A stretch of 64,000 nucleotides of DNA from contig JACQHJ010000002.1 of assembly GCA_016199085.1 (NCBI GenBank), forward strand, positions 31,000-94,999, read 5' to 3'. Below are positions 48,436-59,012 of this stretch, one piece after another (position 1 is the stretch's first letter; each line of letters starts with the position of its first letter). The position numbers were made by a program, and so were the translations under genes. A model generated the notes under the pieces. It was not told where the DNA came from. It was given only the letters and a program-made list of their open reading frames with translations, and did no database searches. The stretch is from Candidatus Levyibacteriota bacterium. Its GTDB lineage: Bacteria > Patescibacteriota > Microgenomatia > Levybacterales > UBA12049.

Positions 48436-49170
48436 ATGACTTTACTGCCAATAAGTCTAACCAAAGATTTTATCCCCATCGTAAAGATAGGTCAAAAAGT
48501 GTCAAACGGACAGACTATTGCTAGAAAAAAAGACCAAGGACAAGAAAATATTATTCACCTTAAGGATTTTTCCATTACCCCAAAAGATCTGGAAAGCTCT
48601 CTAAAAAAACATTTAGGAGACGCTGTCATGAAAGGGGAGACGGTTGCTATAAAGAAAAAACTCTTCGGAGGCAAAAAGATACTAAGTGAGGTTGACGGAA
48701 CGATCTCAAAAATTGACGACCAGACCTGCGACGTCTATATCCAAACAGCAAAAAGTGCAAAAGAGGAAACAATAATTTCTCCAGTTGAAGGAACGGTTGA
48801 TTTTTGCAATAATGGACGAATCGTCTTAAAAACAACCAAGACGGTAGTAGCTGCAAAAGATGCTTTTGGTTGGGATGCAACAGGGGAGTTGGTTTTTATA
48901 AAACCTCCCGTAAAGCTTTCCGAAGATATCGAAGGGAAAATCATTGCAGTAGATAAAGCCGACAAGCTTTTGCTTTATAAGGCAATCGGCCTTTCGGCAA
49001 TCGGAATTATCACAAGCGATTTGGAAGAAGTAGATTTTATTGATTTCGAAGAAAGAAAAATAAACGCAGCGATAATGCTTTTAGAAAGACAAGAATTTGA
49101 AAAGCTTGAGAAAATAAATGGTAAAAAAATCCTTTGTGATGTTGAGGGAAAAGCAATAATAATTTTATGA
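48436..49170 (+). CDS. Hypothetical protein with barrel-sandwich hybrid (biotinyl/lipoyl-like) repeats
   Basis: VKIGQKV..GQTIA, GDAVMKGETVA, SEVDGTI and SPVEGTV repeats. Confidence 0.65.
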   Translation: MTLLPISLTKDFIPIVKIGQKVSNGQTIARKKDQGQENIIHLKDFSITPKDLESSLKKHLGDAVMKGETVAIKKKLFGGKKILSEVDGTISKIDDQTCDVYIQTAKSAKEETIISPVEGTVDFCNNGRIVLKTTKTVVAAKDAFGWDATGELVFIKPPVKLSEDIEGKIIAVDKADKLLLYKAIGLSAIGIITSDLEEVDFIDFEERKINAAIMLLERQEFEKLEKINGKKILCDVEGKAIIIL

Positions 49171-50450
49171 AAAGAACAAAAATACTACAAATACTTTTAG
49201 GCTTATTTATAGCTTTTATTTTTGGTTACTATTTTGGCGTCAATAAAGTAACGGTTGACTGGAAAGCGTATAAGCCAAATATCAATATCGTCAGCAAAGA
49301 GCCGCCAAGTGGGATTACAAACATCAACTTCACTCCTTTTTGGACTGTCTGGGAAAAACTTATGGTCAGCTACTATGATAAATCCAAACTTGACCAGCAG
49401 AAAATGCTAAACGGCGCAATTTCTGGAATGGTATCTAGCATAGGCGATCCTTTCACTTTGTATCTTCCACCTATACAAAATAATGATTTCAAAGAAGGTC
49501 TTGCCGGACAGTTCTCAGGCATTGGAGCAGAGCTTGGGACTAAAGATCAGGATATAATTGTCATTTCCCCCTTAGATGGAAGTCCCGCCGAGAAAGCAGG
49601 CATAAAAGCAGGGGATACTATTGTATCTGTTGACGGCCAGAGCACTTCAGGCTGGAACATCTCCCAGGCTGTTGAAAAAATAAGGGGTCCAAAGGGAACA
49701 CAAGTAGCTCTAGGGATTGTTAGAAAAGACGCGACAAAGAAAATTGACTTAAAAATAACCAGAGACATCATCAACGTTAAAAGTGTTGCTATGGAGGTAA
49801 GAACTGCCAATTGTAATGACAAGGAATGTAAGATTACTCCCAAAGCCGAAACTTGTAAGGGGCAAGGATGTACCAGTTTTGTCTATATCAGGCTTTCCCA
49901 GTTTGGCGATAATACCAATCAGGAATGGCTTGGTCTTGTGGGAAGTATTTCCTCCAAGGTTAAAAATGACAAAAATATCAAGGGAATAGTGTTTGATCTT
50001 CGTAACAACCCAGGAGGATATTTAACAGATGCAGCCTTTATTGCTTCTGAATTTTTGGATAAAGGAAAAGCAGTAGTATCCCAGGATAACGGAATAACGG
50101 ATAGATCAACGATGTATGCAACAAGAGAAGGTTTGTTTACGAAAGACAAAATAATTGTCCTAATCAACAAAGGAAGCGCTTCTGCCTCTGAAATAGTCGC
50201 AGGGGCTCTAAGAGACAATAAGAGAGCAACTCTGGTCGGTGAGACCTCATTTGGTAAAGGAACTATTCAGACGGCTGAAGATCTAGGTGACGGAGCAGGG
50301 CTTCATGTAACCATAGCAAAATGGCTTACTCCTCTTGGAACCTGGGTTAACGGCAAAGGGTTGACCCCAGACGTTGAAGTACAATTAGATGCAAAAGATC
50401 CCTCAAGGGATACCCAACTTGAAAAAGGTATACAAGAACTGCTAGAATAG
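49167..50450 (+). CDS. ctpA: Carboxyl-terminal processing protease (S41A, CtpA/Prc)
   Basis: PDZ GIGA, DLRNNPGG, SASASEI and FGKG motifs. Confidence 0.93.
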   Translation: MKRTKILQILLGLFIAFIFGYYFGVNKVTVDWKAYKPNINIVSKEPPSGITNINFTPFWTVWEKLMVSYYDKSKLDQQKMLNGAISGMVSSIGDPFTLYLPPIQNNDFKEGLAGQFSGIGAELGTKDQDIIVISPLDGSPAEKAGIKAGDTIVSVDGQSTSGWNISQAVEKIRGPKGTQVALGIVRKDATKKIDLKITRDIINVKSVAMEVRTANCNDKECKITPKAETCKGQGCTSFVYIRLSQFGDNTNQEWLGLVGSISSKVKNDKNIKGIVFDLRNNPGGYLTDAAFIASEFLDKGKAVVSQDNGITDRSTMYATREGLFTKDKIIVLINKGSASASEIVAGALRDNKRATLVGETSFGKGTIQTAEDLGDGAGLHVTIAKWLTPLGTWVNGKGLTPDVEVQLDAKDPSRDTQLEKGIQELLE

Positions 50451-50504
50451 GGCCTCAATAAAAATAAAACGCAATTTAGTTCTATTTTTAGAAAGGAAAG
50501 AGAT

Positions 50505-51986
50505 ATGCCAACACCAGAGGTAAACAGGGGATCAAACTCAAGGGGACGCTCAACTGAACATGGTAGAACTGAGCTGGTAAACCAAATGTCTTTGCAGTAT
50601 AAAGTCAGACTGCTTTCAGGACAATTTGATAGCGGAATTCCCTTGGATCGAGTAGCAGCAAGAGACGGAATAAGGCGAAATAATCCAACAGAGACATACC
50701 AACGAATACATGAGAAATGGGGAGAAACAAGGCAAGCTGAATGGGCGGGAGATAGAAGAAGAGATTTCTCCGAAAGACTTACTGCTTGGGCAGGCAGCAG
50801 GGCAAGAGACTTAAAAGATCTTATAGATTCAACCAGTCCTGATGATAGCAATTTTTTCGATGGCCTGGCAACAATTAAATTTACAGGAGATCCTCAAAGT
50901 ACAACCCAAGAAGATATTGCAAGTTATTTTGCTGGAACCTTTTTCCCTGAGTTTGCGGTAAACTCTGACAGAAACGTAGAAGCTGATAAAAGCGTTGGCC
51001 ATTTAGTAGATACTTTTTATCAAGTTGCAGGACCTGATGCAGATGGAAAAATTACCCAAGCAGGAGCAGATAAGGTAATGGATCAAGTCCAGGCTCTTTA
51101 TCGGGTATTAAGGCCAATTTTTAAAGAAGAAAATTATCTAAAATTTGAGGATGTTTTACAGGCACGTTTACATGCAGGATCCGGAAGGCTTAATGAGGCT
51201 AATATAAAAAACGGAGATCCGTCGCAAAAAATGAAACAAGACCTTGGATATTTTGCACCTCAAACACTGTGGGAGGAAAGACCAAGGCCGACAGTTGCGG
51301 TAGGACGGGCTGTCAGACTTGCTGAAGCAGCCGCCGTCGCAGAGCCAACTGGACCTGCAGAAGTCGCCGCAGCGGCAGAGGTTGAGGAAGGTATTGTAGC
51401 AGTAGAGACAAACCCAGAAAATTTATTTGTAGATATAATTAAGGGTGTTGATCAAGCAAATGATGAAGCTAGTAGCGAGACAACATTAGATCTTCCGGCA
51501 GATTCTTTGCTTTCAGGCCAGGGACGTTTGCTTTCAAGGCCTGAGGGATTTATTCAGATAAAAGTAGTTGATTCAGGTGCGCTTGAGGTCGATGAAGACA
51601 ATAACATTGTAAGAACAAGACAAGCCTTACTGGATATTACCAAAGAAGGAGTGACAAGAGGGGGTATTAGGCTTGACGTTTTATTACAACAAGAAGCAGA
51701 GGGTGCACGGATACGAGGTGAGAATATTGAGGAAGATTCAACCCATCCTGACTGGAACAGGCAATTAGTTGAGGAAGTTTTTGCTACGGTTATGCCCTCA
51801 TTTAGACAAAGACTTAATCAAGACATTGTTCACATTGATCCACACTGGAGAGCAGCCAGAGTTGATCTTAACAGAGGAAGATTCAGGATAGGGTTTATTA
51901 AAGAAGATGTGGCACAAGTTCCTCCCTTGCCTTTAGAGAATGACGTTTTTCCAGGACCGGATGATGTCCCAGCAGGAACCTCTTAA
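50505..51986 (+). CDS. Large hypothetical acidic/Arg-rich protein (orphan class)
   Basis: 493-aa ORF MPTPEVNRG; Ala/Glu linker in the middle. Confidence 0.75.
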   Translation: MPTPEVNRGSNSRGRSTEHGRTELVNQMSLQYKVRLLSGQFDSGIPLDRVAARDGIRRNNPTETYQRIHEKWGETRQAEWAGDRRRDFSERLTAWAGSRARDLKDLIDSTSPDDSNFFDGLATIKFTGDPQSTTQEDIASYFAGTFFPEFAVNSDRNVEADKSVGHLVDTFYQVAGPDADGKITQAGADKVMDQVQALYRVLRPIFKEENYLKFEDVLQARLHAGSGRLNEANIKNGDPSQKMKQDLGYFAPQTLWEERPRPTVAVGRAVRLAEAAAVAEPTGPAEVAAAAEVEEGIVAVETNPENLFVDIIKGVDQANDEASSETTLDLPADSLLSGQGRLLSRPEGFIQIKVVDSGALEVDEDNNIVRTRQALLDITKEGVTRGGIRLDVLLQQEAEGARIRGENIEEDSTHPDWNRQLVEEVFATVMPSFRQRLNQDIVHIDPHWRAARVDLNRGRFRIGFIKEDVAQVPPLPLENDVFPGPDDVPAGTS

Positions 51987-52021
51987 ACTCTTTTTCAGCT
52001 GTGGTATAATATTCTGACTTC

Positions 52022-53170
52022 ATGAAAAAACTTGGAATACTTTTAATCCTTCTCATTTTTGTCCTGTTTATCTGGGTTGTATTTACAAGTACTTTCCCCA
52101 AATTTCTTTCCAGTCTAAATATTCCCCAGTCTCCAATATCAAAAGAAAGCGTAAAAGTGGTAAAAGAAGAGTCCGTTGTTATAGACGTTGTCAAAAACGT
52201 CGGTCAGTCCGTTGTTACGGTTGTTAGGATTGCTCCAGCTTCAACTAGAAACACTATCGGGTTTGGTCCATTCGGATTCTTCGAAGTACCCCAAGAAAAT
52301 CAGGAAGATCAGGTATCAAGTATAGGATCAGGTTTTATCTTAACCAGTGATGGACTCGTTGCCACAAACAAACACGTCGTCTCAGATACGGGTGTTAAAT
52401 ATCAGGTTGTGACAAGCGATAATAAGACATACGACGTTGAAAAAGTATCAAAAGATCCGCTTAATGACATAGCACTTCTTAAAATAAATCCTAATCAAAA
52501 CCCAGATAAGAAGCTGGCAAGCGTAACGCTTGGCAATTCACAAAGTCTACAGGTTGGCCAGTTTGTAATAGCCATTGGAACTGCACTTGGTGAGTTTAGA
52601 AATACTGTTACAACCGGAGTAATCTCCGGACTTGGCAGGGGAATAACAGCCGGAAGCGCTTTTGAAGGCTTTGTTGAAAAACTTGATAACGTCATCCAAA
52701 CAGACGCGGCAATTAACCCTGGCAACAGCGGAGGACCTTTGGTAAACTCCCAAGGAGAAGTAATCGGGATCAATACGGCAGTATCCCAGTCTGGTCAAAA
52801 CATCGGTTTTGCTCTGCCCATAAATGTTCTAAAAGAAGCCTTATCTAATTTTAACCAAAACGGACAGTTTAACAGACCGTATCTTGGCGTATCTTACGTT
52901 ATGCTTTCAAAACAAGAGGCTGACCTAAATGATCTAGTCGAGGGAGCATATATCCAAAGCGTAGTGAAAGGCTCTCCGGCTGATCTTTCAGGTTTACAAC
53001 CGGGAGACGTAATAACAAGTTTTGACAAAAAGAAAGTAGTAATAGGAGCAAGTGAGCTATCAAGTTTAATTGCCTCTAAAAAAGTAGGGGAAAAGACAGA
53101 TATAATAGTAGTCAGGGAGCAAAAACAGGTTACGCTTTCGGCAACTATTGGTTCCGCTCCAAGTGAGTAA
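52022..53170 (+). CDS. htrA: HtrA/DegP-like serine protease with PDZ domain
   Basis: GSGF, TNKHV, DIALL and QTDAAINPGNSGGPL motifs. Confidence 0.95.
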   Translation: MKKLGILLILLIFVLFIWVVFTSTFPKFLSSLNIPQSPISKESVKVVKEESVVIDVVKNVGQSVVTVVRIAPASTRNTIGFGPFGFFEVPQENQEDQVSSIGSGFILTSDGLVATNKHVVSDTGVKYQVVTSDNKTYDVEKVSKDPLNDIALLKINPNQNPDKKLASVTLGNSQSLQVGQFVIAIGTALGEFRNTVTTGVISGLGRGITAGSAFEGFVEKLDNVIQTDAAINPGNSGGPLVNSQGEVIGINTAVSQSGQNIGFALPINVLKEALSNFNQNGQFNRPYLGVSYVMLSKQEADLNDLVEGAYIQSVVKGSPADLSGLQPGDVITSFDKKKVVIGASELSSLIASKKVGEKTDIIVVREQKQVTLSATIGSAPSE

Positions 53171-53180
53171 AAGACAATAT

Positions 53181-54131
53181 ATGTTTGTAATACAACAAAA
53201 TATCTCCCTTAAGGACTACAGTAATTTTAAAATCGGCGGAAAAGCAAGATATTTTTTGGAAGTAAAAAGCGTAAACGATATCCTAGAAGGAGTTAGAAAG
53301 TGGAGAGAAACCGATATTGAAAGCAATTTTCAAAGAAAATATTTTGTTTTAGGAGGAGGAACTAATGTTTTATTTAATGACGCAGGCTTTGACGGTTTGG
53401 TTATCAAAAATTCCATAGACGAGATTAGAATGGAAGAGGATCTTTTGGTTGTTGGAGCTGGGGTTTTAATGTCAAAGTTATTGGACTACTGTGTAGAAAA
53501 TAGTCTTTCCGGTCTTGAGTGGGCGGGAGGCCTTCCGGGTACCGTCGGAGGAGCGGTCAGAGGCAATGCGGGAGCATACAGGGGAGAAACAAAGGACAAA
53601 ATCGTAGAAGTTGACAGCGTAAACCTCGATACCTTGGAACAGAAAACAAGAACTTATGATCAGTGCCAATTTGACTACAGAACTAGTATTTTTAAAACTA
53701 CGGCCGCAAACGAAGTCATTACTTATATAAAATTCAAATTAACCAAAGGTAAAAAGGAAGAAATAGAAAGTTTAATAGAAGACAAAAAGACAAAAAGAAA
53801 GTTAAGGCATCCTTTAGAGTATCCCAATGTAGGAAGTATATTCAAAAATGTTCCCATAGGAAAGTTTACCAAAGAACAGATAAAACAATTGTCTCAATAT
53901 GTTAAAGACGATCCTTTTGCGGTTATTCCAACCGCAAAAATTAACTTCTTAGCAGGCCTTTCGGGTAAAAGGGTAGGGGACGCCAAGCTTTCAGAGAAGC
54001 ACACCAATTTTATAGTCAACCTTGGCAATGCCAAAGCAGAAGATGTCAAAAAGTTAATTGAAATAATTATAAAAGTAGTTAGGGAAAAGTTTGGAATAGA
54101 ACTGGAACCCGAAGTAATGTTTGTTGATTAG
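53181..54131 (+). CDS. murB: UDP-N-acetylenolpyruvoylglucosamine reductase
   Basis: [38 protein letters not shown] and LEPEV motifs. Confidence 0.96.
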   Translation: MFVIQQNISLKDYSNFKIGGKARYFLEVKSVNDILEGVRKWRETDIESNFQRKYFVLGGGTNVLFNDAGFDGLVIKNSIDEIRMEEDLLVVGAGVLMSKLLDYCVENSLSGLEWAGGLPGTVGGAVRGNAGAYRGETKDKIVEVDSVNLDTLEQKTRTYDQCQFDYRTSIFKTTAANEVITYIKFKLTKGKKEEIESLIEDKKTKRKLRHPLEYPNVGSIFKNVPIGKFTKEQIKQLSQYVKDDPFAVIPTAKINFLAGLSGKRVGDAKLSEKHTNFIVNLGNAKAEDVKKLIEIIIKVVREKFGIELEPEVMFVD

Positions 54132-54808
54132 ACCTTTTTATAGCCTGAAAAATAATCCTGTCTGATATTTTCTTCTTTAACTTTCAGTAATTTCAAAATA
54201 TCAGAAATTTCATCCACCATCGGATCAGGACCCGATACATAAAAAATATGTCTTTTGTTTTTTGTAAATCTTCCCAAAGTCCTTTTGTCAATTTTTTTAG
54301 GAGATAAAAACCAATGAATTTTAAATTCTTTATGAATCTTGGCAGTCTCGTCCAAGCCATTTTTAAAAAGGAAGGATTTTGTTTTGTTTGCATATAGAAG
54401 AGTAATATTGATAGGCTTTTTCTCAAAACTAAGCTGTCTTATTATCGAGACAAAAGGTGTAATTCCTATTCCTCCGGCTATAAAGATAAGTCTTTTTTTT
54501 GGATTTTCGATGACAAAATCTCCATCCGGCCCTTTTGCTTCAATTGTGTCTCCGATTTGCAAATTGTCTAAAGATTTCTTAAAAGAACTGGCGGATTTAA
54601 AGATCCTGGTTGTAATCGTAATGTTTTTTTCAAACGGGGAAGAGGAGATGGTGAAAAATCTCATTTTTCCCCTTAAATCATCATTTTTATGCGAAAGCGA
54701 ATAGATAAGGTACTGACCTGCACTCCATTTGATGGGTCTTTGAGGCTTAAAAGTAAACGATTTAATGTTGGAAACGAGTCTTTTTTTGGAAATTAACTTT
54801 AATTTCAT
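54128..54808 (-). CDS. FAD/NAD(P)-binding oxidoreductase (ferredoxin reductase-like)
   Basis: RFFTISS, GPDG, IAGGIGITPF and YVSGP motifs. Confidence 0.9.
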   Translation of the reverse strand: MKLKLISKKRLVSNIKSFTFKPQRPIKWSAGQYLIYSLSHKNDDLRGKMRFFTISSSPFEKNITITTRIFKSASSFKKSLDNLQIGDTIEAKGPDGDFVIENPKKRLIFIAGGIGITPFVSIIRQLSFEKKPINITLLYANKTKSFLFKNGLDETAKIHKEFKIHWFLSPKKIDKRTLGRFTKNKRHIFYVSGPDPMVDEISDILKLLKVKEENIRQDYFSGYKKV

Positions 54809-54843
54809 TTTACAAATATATCAAAGCTTGTTATAAATAAATA

Positions 54844-56544
54844 GTGGAGAATATTTTCTTTGATTTAACTGTTATTATCTGCCTTGCTGCCCTTTTTTCA
54901 ATAATTTTTAGGCTTTTAAAACAACCTGCAATACTGGCATATATCCTAACTGGAATAATTATTGCTCCATTCCACTTCTTTGACGCTTCCAATCAGCCTT
55001 TGCTTTTAGCTTTGTCCCAGGTAGGAATTACGCTCCTTTTGTTTATGGTAGGGCTTGAAATACGAATTACAGAGCTTATGTCTATGGGGAAGATGCTTTT
55101 GCTTTCGTCTGCCTGGCAAATATCTCTTTCGTTTATCCTTGGCTTTTTAATTTCAGCTACTTTAGGTTTTGACCGCCTTTCTTCATTTTATATAGCAACT
55201 GCGATAACTTTTTCAAGCACAATCATTGTCGTAAAGCTTTTGTCGGATCAGCACGAGCTCCATAGTCTTCACGGTAAATTCTCCTTAGGAATACTTCTTT
55301 CCCAAGACGTTGTAGCCATTGTCTTTTTAATGTTTCTTACGGCAGCCGCAAGGGAAAGTCCGTTTTTGGGACCGGTTGGAAATTTTGTTTCGGTTTTGAT
55401 TAAAGGAGTATTAATAATTGCCGCAATTGCGTTTTTGTCCAAAAATATCTTTCCAAAGCTTTTTGAAAGAATTGCCAGAAGCTCGGAAACTCTTTTTTTA
55501 GCAAGTCTTGGATGGGTATTTGGACTGGCAGCGTTTGTTTCTTCCAAGTTTATCGGTTTTTCAATTGAAATAGGGGGATTTTTGGCAGGCGTTGCTCTTG
55601 CAAATTCTTTGGTAAATTATCAAATTATTGCCAAAGCAAAGATTTTAAGAGATTTTTTCATAGTTATCTTTTTTGTACTCCTTGGAATTCAGATGTCGTT
55701 TGCAAACATTGCAGAGATCTTTGTCCCCGCAATTATTCTTTCCCTGTTTGTTTTAATTGCAAAACCGTTTATCGTAATGGTAATTTTAGGGCTTTTAGGA
55801 TACAAAAAAAGAACGTCTTTTTTAACAGGAGTTTCACTTTCCCAAATTTCAGAATTCTCCTTAATTTTAGCCTTTTTAGGTTTAAGCTTAGGCCATATTG
55901 ATCAAAAAACAGTTTCACTTATAACTATGGTCGGTCTTATCACTTTTGCAGTTTCTACATATATGATCACACACTGGAAAACTCTTTATAGAAAATTTGA
56001 AAAGACACTTTCCTTTTTAGAAAAGAAAGATTCACAAAATGAAAAAACACTGGATGAGAGTTCGCTTGAGAGCTTGGATGATCACGTTGTCGTAATCGGC
56101 GGAGATCAAATGGGGGCAAGCGTAATAGAGGCGTTAGAAGATCAAAAAGTCGATATAGTTCTGGTTGATTTTGATCCAACCATTGTTAAAAAGTATGAAA
56201 AAAAAGAGGTTGGGCAAAGGGTATTTTGGCTCTTTGGAGATATTTCGGATTTGGATATCCAGCAAAGAGCAAAACTTGATAATGCCCGGATGGTTATTTC
56301 TACAATTCCCGATATTGAAGACAATTTACTTTTACTTAAAGAATTAAGGCATGAAAATAGACGTGCAAAAATTGTCATGATGGCAATTGAGGGAAAGGAA
56401 GCAAGAACGCTTTATAGGGAAGGCGCGGATTATGTAGTCTTGCCTCATCTGGCAGGGGGCAGACAGATTGCAAAACTGATAGAAGAAAATGCGCTATCAA
56501 AGCTTGAAAAATTAAAGGATAAAGACAAAAAGTACTTAAAGTAA
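54844..56544 (+). CDS. CPA2 cation:proton antiporter with TrkA-N (KTN) domain
   Basis: About 13 transmembrane helices, LLFMVGLE, SSTIIV, QD and SQISEF motifs; C-terminal Rossmann-like domain. Confidence 0.92.
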   Translation: MENIFFDLTVIICLAALFSIIFRLLKQPAILAYILTGIIIAPFHFFDASNQPLLLALSQVGITLLLFMVGLEIRITELMSMGKMLLLSSAWQISLSFILGFLISATLGFDRLSSFYIATAITFSSTIIVVKLLSDQHELHSLHGKFSLGILLSQDVVAIVFLMFLTAAARESPFLGPVGNFVSVLIKGVLIIAAIAFLSKNIFPKLFERIARSSETLFLASLGWVFGLAAFVSSKFIGFSIEIGGFLAGVALANSLVNYQIIAKAKILRDFFIVIFFVLLGIQMSFANIAEIFVPAIILSLFVLIAKPFIVMVILGLLGYKKRTSFLTGVSLSQISEFSLILAFLGLSLGHIDQKTVSLITMVGLITFAVSTYMITHWKTLYRKFEKTLSFLEKKDSQNEKTLDESSLESLDDHVVVIGGDQMGASVIEALEDQKVDIVLVDFDPTIVKKYEKKEVGQRVFWLFGDISDLDIQQRAKLDNARMVISTIPDIEDNLLLLKELRHENRRAKIVMMAIEGKEARTLYREGADYVVLPHLAGGRQIAKLIEENALSKLEKLKDKDKKYLK

Positions 56545-56554
56545 TCTATTGAGA

Positions 56555-57457
56555 TTATGAGAGATTAACTTCGTTTTCCTCAAGTCCTTTCATAGCAGAA
56601 GTCACCTTATCCAAGTCTCCTTCCATAATAACTTCGAGATTTGAAAAATTTTTGTTAATCCTGTGATCCGTTAGTCTGTCCTGGGGAAAGTTATATGTTC
56701 TAATCTTTTCGCTTCTCATACCTCTTCCAACCTGGGTTGCTTTAAGCCCTGCTATTTCTCCATGTTTCCTTTCAACTTCTTGTTCCCAAAGTTTGGCACG
56801 TAGCATTTCCAAAGCGATTTCTCTGTTTTGAGCCTGGAATCTTTGCGTCTGGCAGGTAACTATAATGCCTGTAGGTTTATGTTTTAGTCTCACTGCTGTT
56901 GATACCTTATTAACATTTTGCCCTCCGTGTCCACCACTTCTGAAAGCCTCAAATTCAACGTCGTCCGGGTTTACATGTAGGTCAATATCTTCAAGCTCGG
57001 GAAGAACTGAAACTGTGGCTGTAGAGGTATGGACTCTGCCTCTTTTTTCGGTTGTTGGAATTCTTTGAACCCTATGGACGCCAGCCTCAAATTTAAAGAG
57101 TTCAAAAGCGCCTTTGCCCGATACTTTAATAATATCGTCGTCTAAAGCCTCCACCTTAAACCCTTTGGTTTGGGAATATCTTGAATACATTCTCAAAAGT
57201 TCCTGACCCCAGTTGGTTGCTTCATCTCCGCCTGCAGCACCACTTGCCTGGATAATAACGTTTCTTTCATTTAAATCTTCACTAGAAGTTTCTTTACTGT
57301 TTGCCTCAAAGGTAGCCAAAATGTCCTGCTTCTGTTTTTCAAGACTTTCTATCTCTTCCTGGGCAAGTATTGACAATGAAGGATCATTTAAAAGAATCTT
57401 TGTTTCTTCAATTTTTCTGTCAATTTGGGCAATTTGTACTTGTCTGTAATCTTCCAT
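56555..57457 (-). CDS. prfA: Peptide chain release factor 1 (N-terminally short)
   Basis: [12 protein letters not shown] (PxT), GGQ and KIRTYNFPQ motifs. Confidence 0.95.
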   Translation of the reverse strand: MEDYRQVQIAQIDRKIEETKILLNDPSLSILAQEEIESLEKQKQDILATFEANSKETSSEDLNERNVIIQASGAAGGDEATNWGQELLRMYSRYSQTKGFKVEALDDDIIKVSGKGAFELFKFEAGVHRVQRIPTTEKRGRVHTSTATVSVLPELEDIDLHVNPDDVEFEAFRSGGHGGQNVNKVSTAVRLKHKPTGIIVTCQTQRFQAQNREIALEMLRAKLWEQEVERKHGEIAGLKATQVGRGMRSEKIRTYNFPQDRLTDHRINKNFSNLEVIMEGDLDKVTSAMKGLEENEVNLS

Positions 57458-57472
57458 TGTCAGAAGGTTTAT

Positions 57473-57763
57473 CTATTGAACTTCTAAAAGCATTTCTCGA
57501 AGAGTCTTGGGGGAATTGTCTTTTTTAGCTTCTTTTTTTGCCTTCTTGGTTACATGAAGACTTGCTACTTCCTGTTTTTTCTGGAATTTCTGAATTCTTG
57601 AAGCACTGTCAACAAATCTTTGCTCACCTGTATAGAAGGGGTGGCATTTGCTACAGAGTTCCACATGAATAACTTCAACAGTTGAACCTGTCGTAAACTT
57701 ATTTCCGCATGCACAAATTACCTGCGCGTTCTCAAAATATTGTGGGTGAACTGCAGCTTTCAT
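57473..57763 (-). CDS. rpmE: 50S ribosomal protein bL31
   Basis: [13 protein letters not shown] and [10 protein letters not shown] motifs. Confidence 0.95.
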   Translation of the reverse strand: MKAAVHPQYFENAQVICACGNKFTTGSTVEVIHVELCSKCHPFYTGEQRFVDSASRIQKFQKKQEVASLHVTKKAKKEAKKDNSPKTLREMLLEVQ

Positions 57764-57875
57764 TAAATACAATTATACCTTAATTTGAGGGTATTTACAA
57801 GACAATTATTATAAAACCCACTCGGGTTACTATCCTATAGTTGACATATGTGGCAGATTTGATATAATCTTTTTT

Positions 57876-58079
57876 ATGAAATTAACAGCTGAGACAAGTG
57901 CAGGCAGAAGCATTCCTCATCCGGCAATAGTTGCCAATGAGACCTATTTAATAAGATTAAATAGTTTATCGCATAGAACACCAGTAAACCCTGCATTAGA
58001 AGTAGAGCAGATGGTTCGTTCTGCTAGGTCAGGAGGACCGGTAGGCCCAACCACGGACGTATTTAAATACACAAGATAA
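57876..58079 (+). CDS. Small hypothetical protein (orphan class)
   Basis: Near-consensus TTGACA-N16-TATAAT-N7-ATG. Confidence 0.55.
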   Translation: MKLTAETSAGRSIPHPAIVANETYLIRLNSLSHRTPVNPALEVEQMVRSARSGGPVGPTTDVFKYTR

Positions 58080-58106
58080 ATAATCTACTGTTTCTTCTTT
58101 AATGTC

Positions 58107-59012
58107 CTAATTTAACAGTTTATGCAAGGGGTGATAATGGATTCTTCCTTGGGCAATAAAGATTCCTACAAAGACCAAAAAGGCGCCAATTAAATAGGGG
58201 ACAGTAATGTGTTCATGTAAGAGGTAATAGGCAACGACTATTGTCGCAACAGGATCAATATAACTAAAAATTCCAATTTCCGATGCCTTTATATATTTAA
58301 TTCCGAAAGTGAAAAGAGAATGGGCGATAACGGTCGCAACAACAACGGAAAACAGTAGTCCTAAAATAATCTCGTTGTTTAATTTGCTTATCCACTGCGT
58401 TTGATTTAGGTCTGTCATAAAAAAGGGAATCATAGGTAAAGAACCAATTATGAAAGACCAGAAGGCAATGCTCATCGGGTTATATTTGGGAAGAATCTTC
58501 TTAAGTAAAAGTGCATGGATTACTGAAAAAAATGTTGCAAAAACCAAAAACAAATTGCCTGTAATTGAACCGTCTAAGCCCTCTTTTAAGACAGGTAGTA
58601 AGACAATTGTCATTACACCAAGAAAGCTGACCAATGTTCCCAGGACTACTTTTGTCTTTAGTTTTTCTTTAAGGTAGAAAAAACCTCCGATAATAAGAAA
58701 AATTGGACTTGCAGAAAGAATAATTGGTGCGTTAATACTAGAAGAAAGTTTTAACCCGAAATTTAAAAATGAAATTGTCAAGGTTATTCCAAGTATTGAA
58801 AGTAAAATCAAAGTTACCCCGTCTCTTAACTTAACCTTTAAATCCTTATAGACAAAGGGGAACAAAATTAAAGCGCCCAATAAAAACCGAAGTAGTACAA
58901 AGGTAAAGGGAGGAATAACTTCAAGAGTCAGCTTATAGATAGGAAACGCCGCTCCCCAAATAATATTGGCAAGAATTAAAAAAATAATTGCAAGTTTTGC
59001 TTTAGAGTTCAT
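58107..59012 (-). CDS. EamA/DMT family transporter
   Basis: IWG, LLRF, GLK..S, LKEKL and LHE motifs; 10 transmembrane helices in two repeats. Confidence 0.92.
   Translation of the reverse strand: MNSKAKLAIIFLILANIIWGAAFPIYKLTLEVIPPFTFVLLRFLLGALILFPFVYKDLKVKLRDGVTLILLSILGITLTISFLNFGLKLSSSINAPIILSASPIFLIIGGFFYLKEKLKTKVVLGTLVSFLGVMTIVLLPVLKEGLDGSITGNLFLVFATFFSVIHALLLKKILPKYNPMSIAFWSFIIGSLPMIPFFMTDLNQTQWISKLNNEIILGLLFSVVVATVIAHSLFTFGIKYIKASEIGIFSYIDPVATIVVAYYLLHEHITVPYLIGAFLVFVGIFIAQGRIHYHPLHKLLN

Noticed and set aside
51315-51385. GC-rich imperfect repeat in the 493-aa orphan
   Set aside because: It is explained by the AEAAAVAE/AEVAAAAE protein linker and is not a DNA repeat element.
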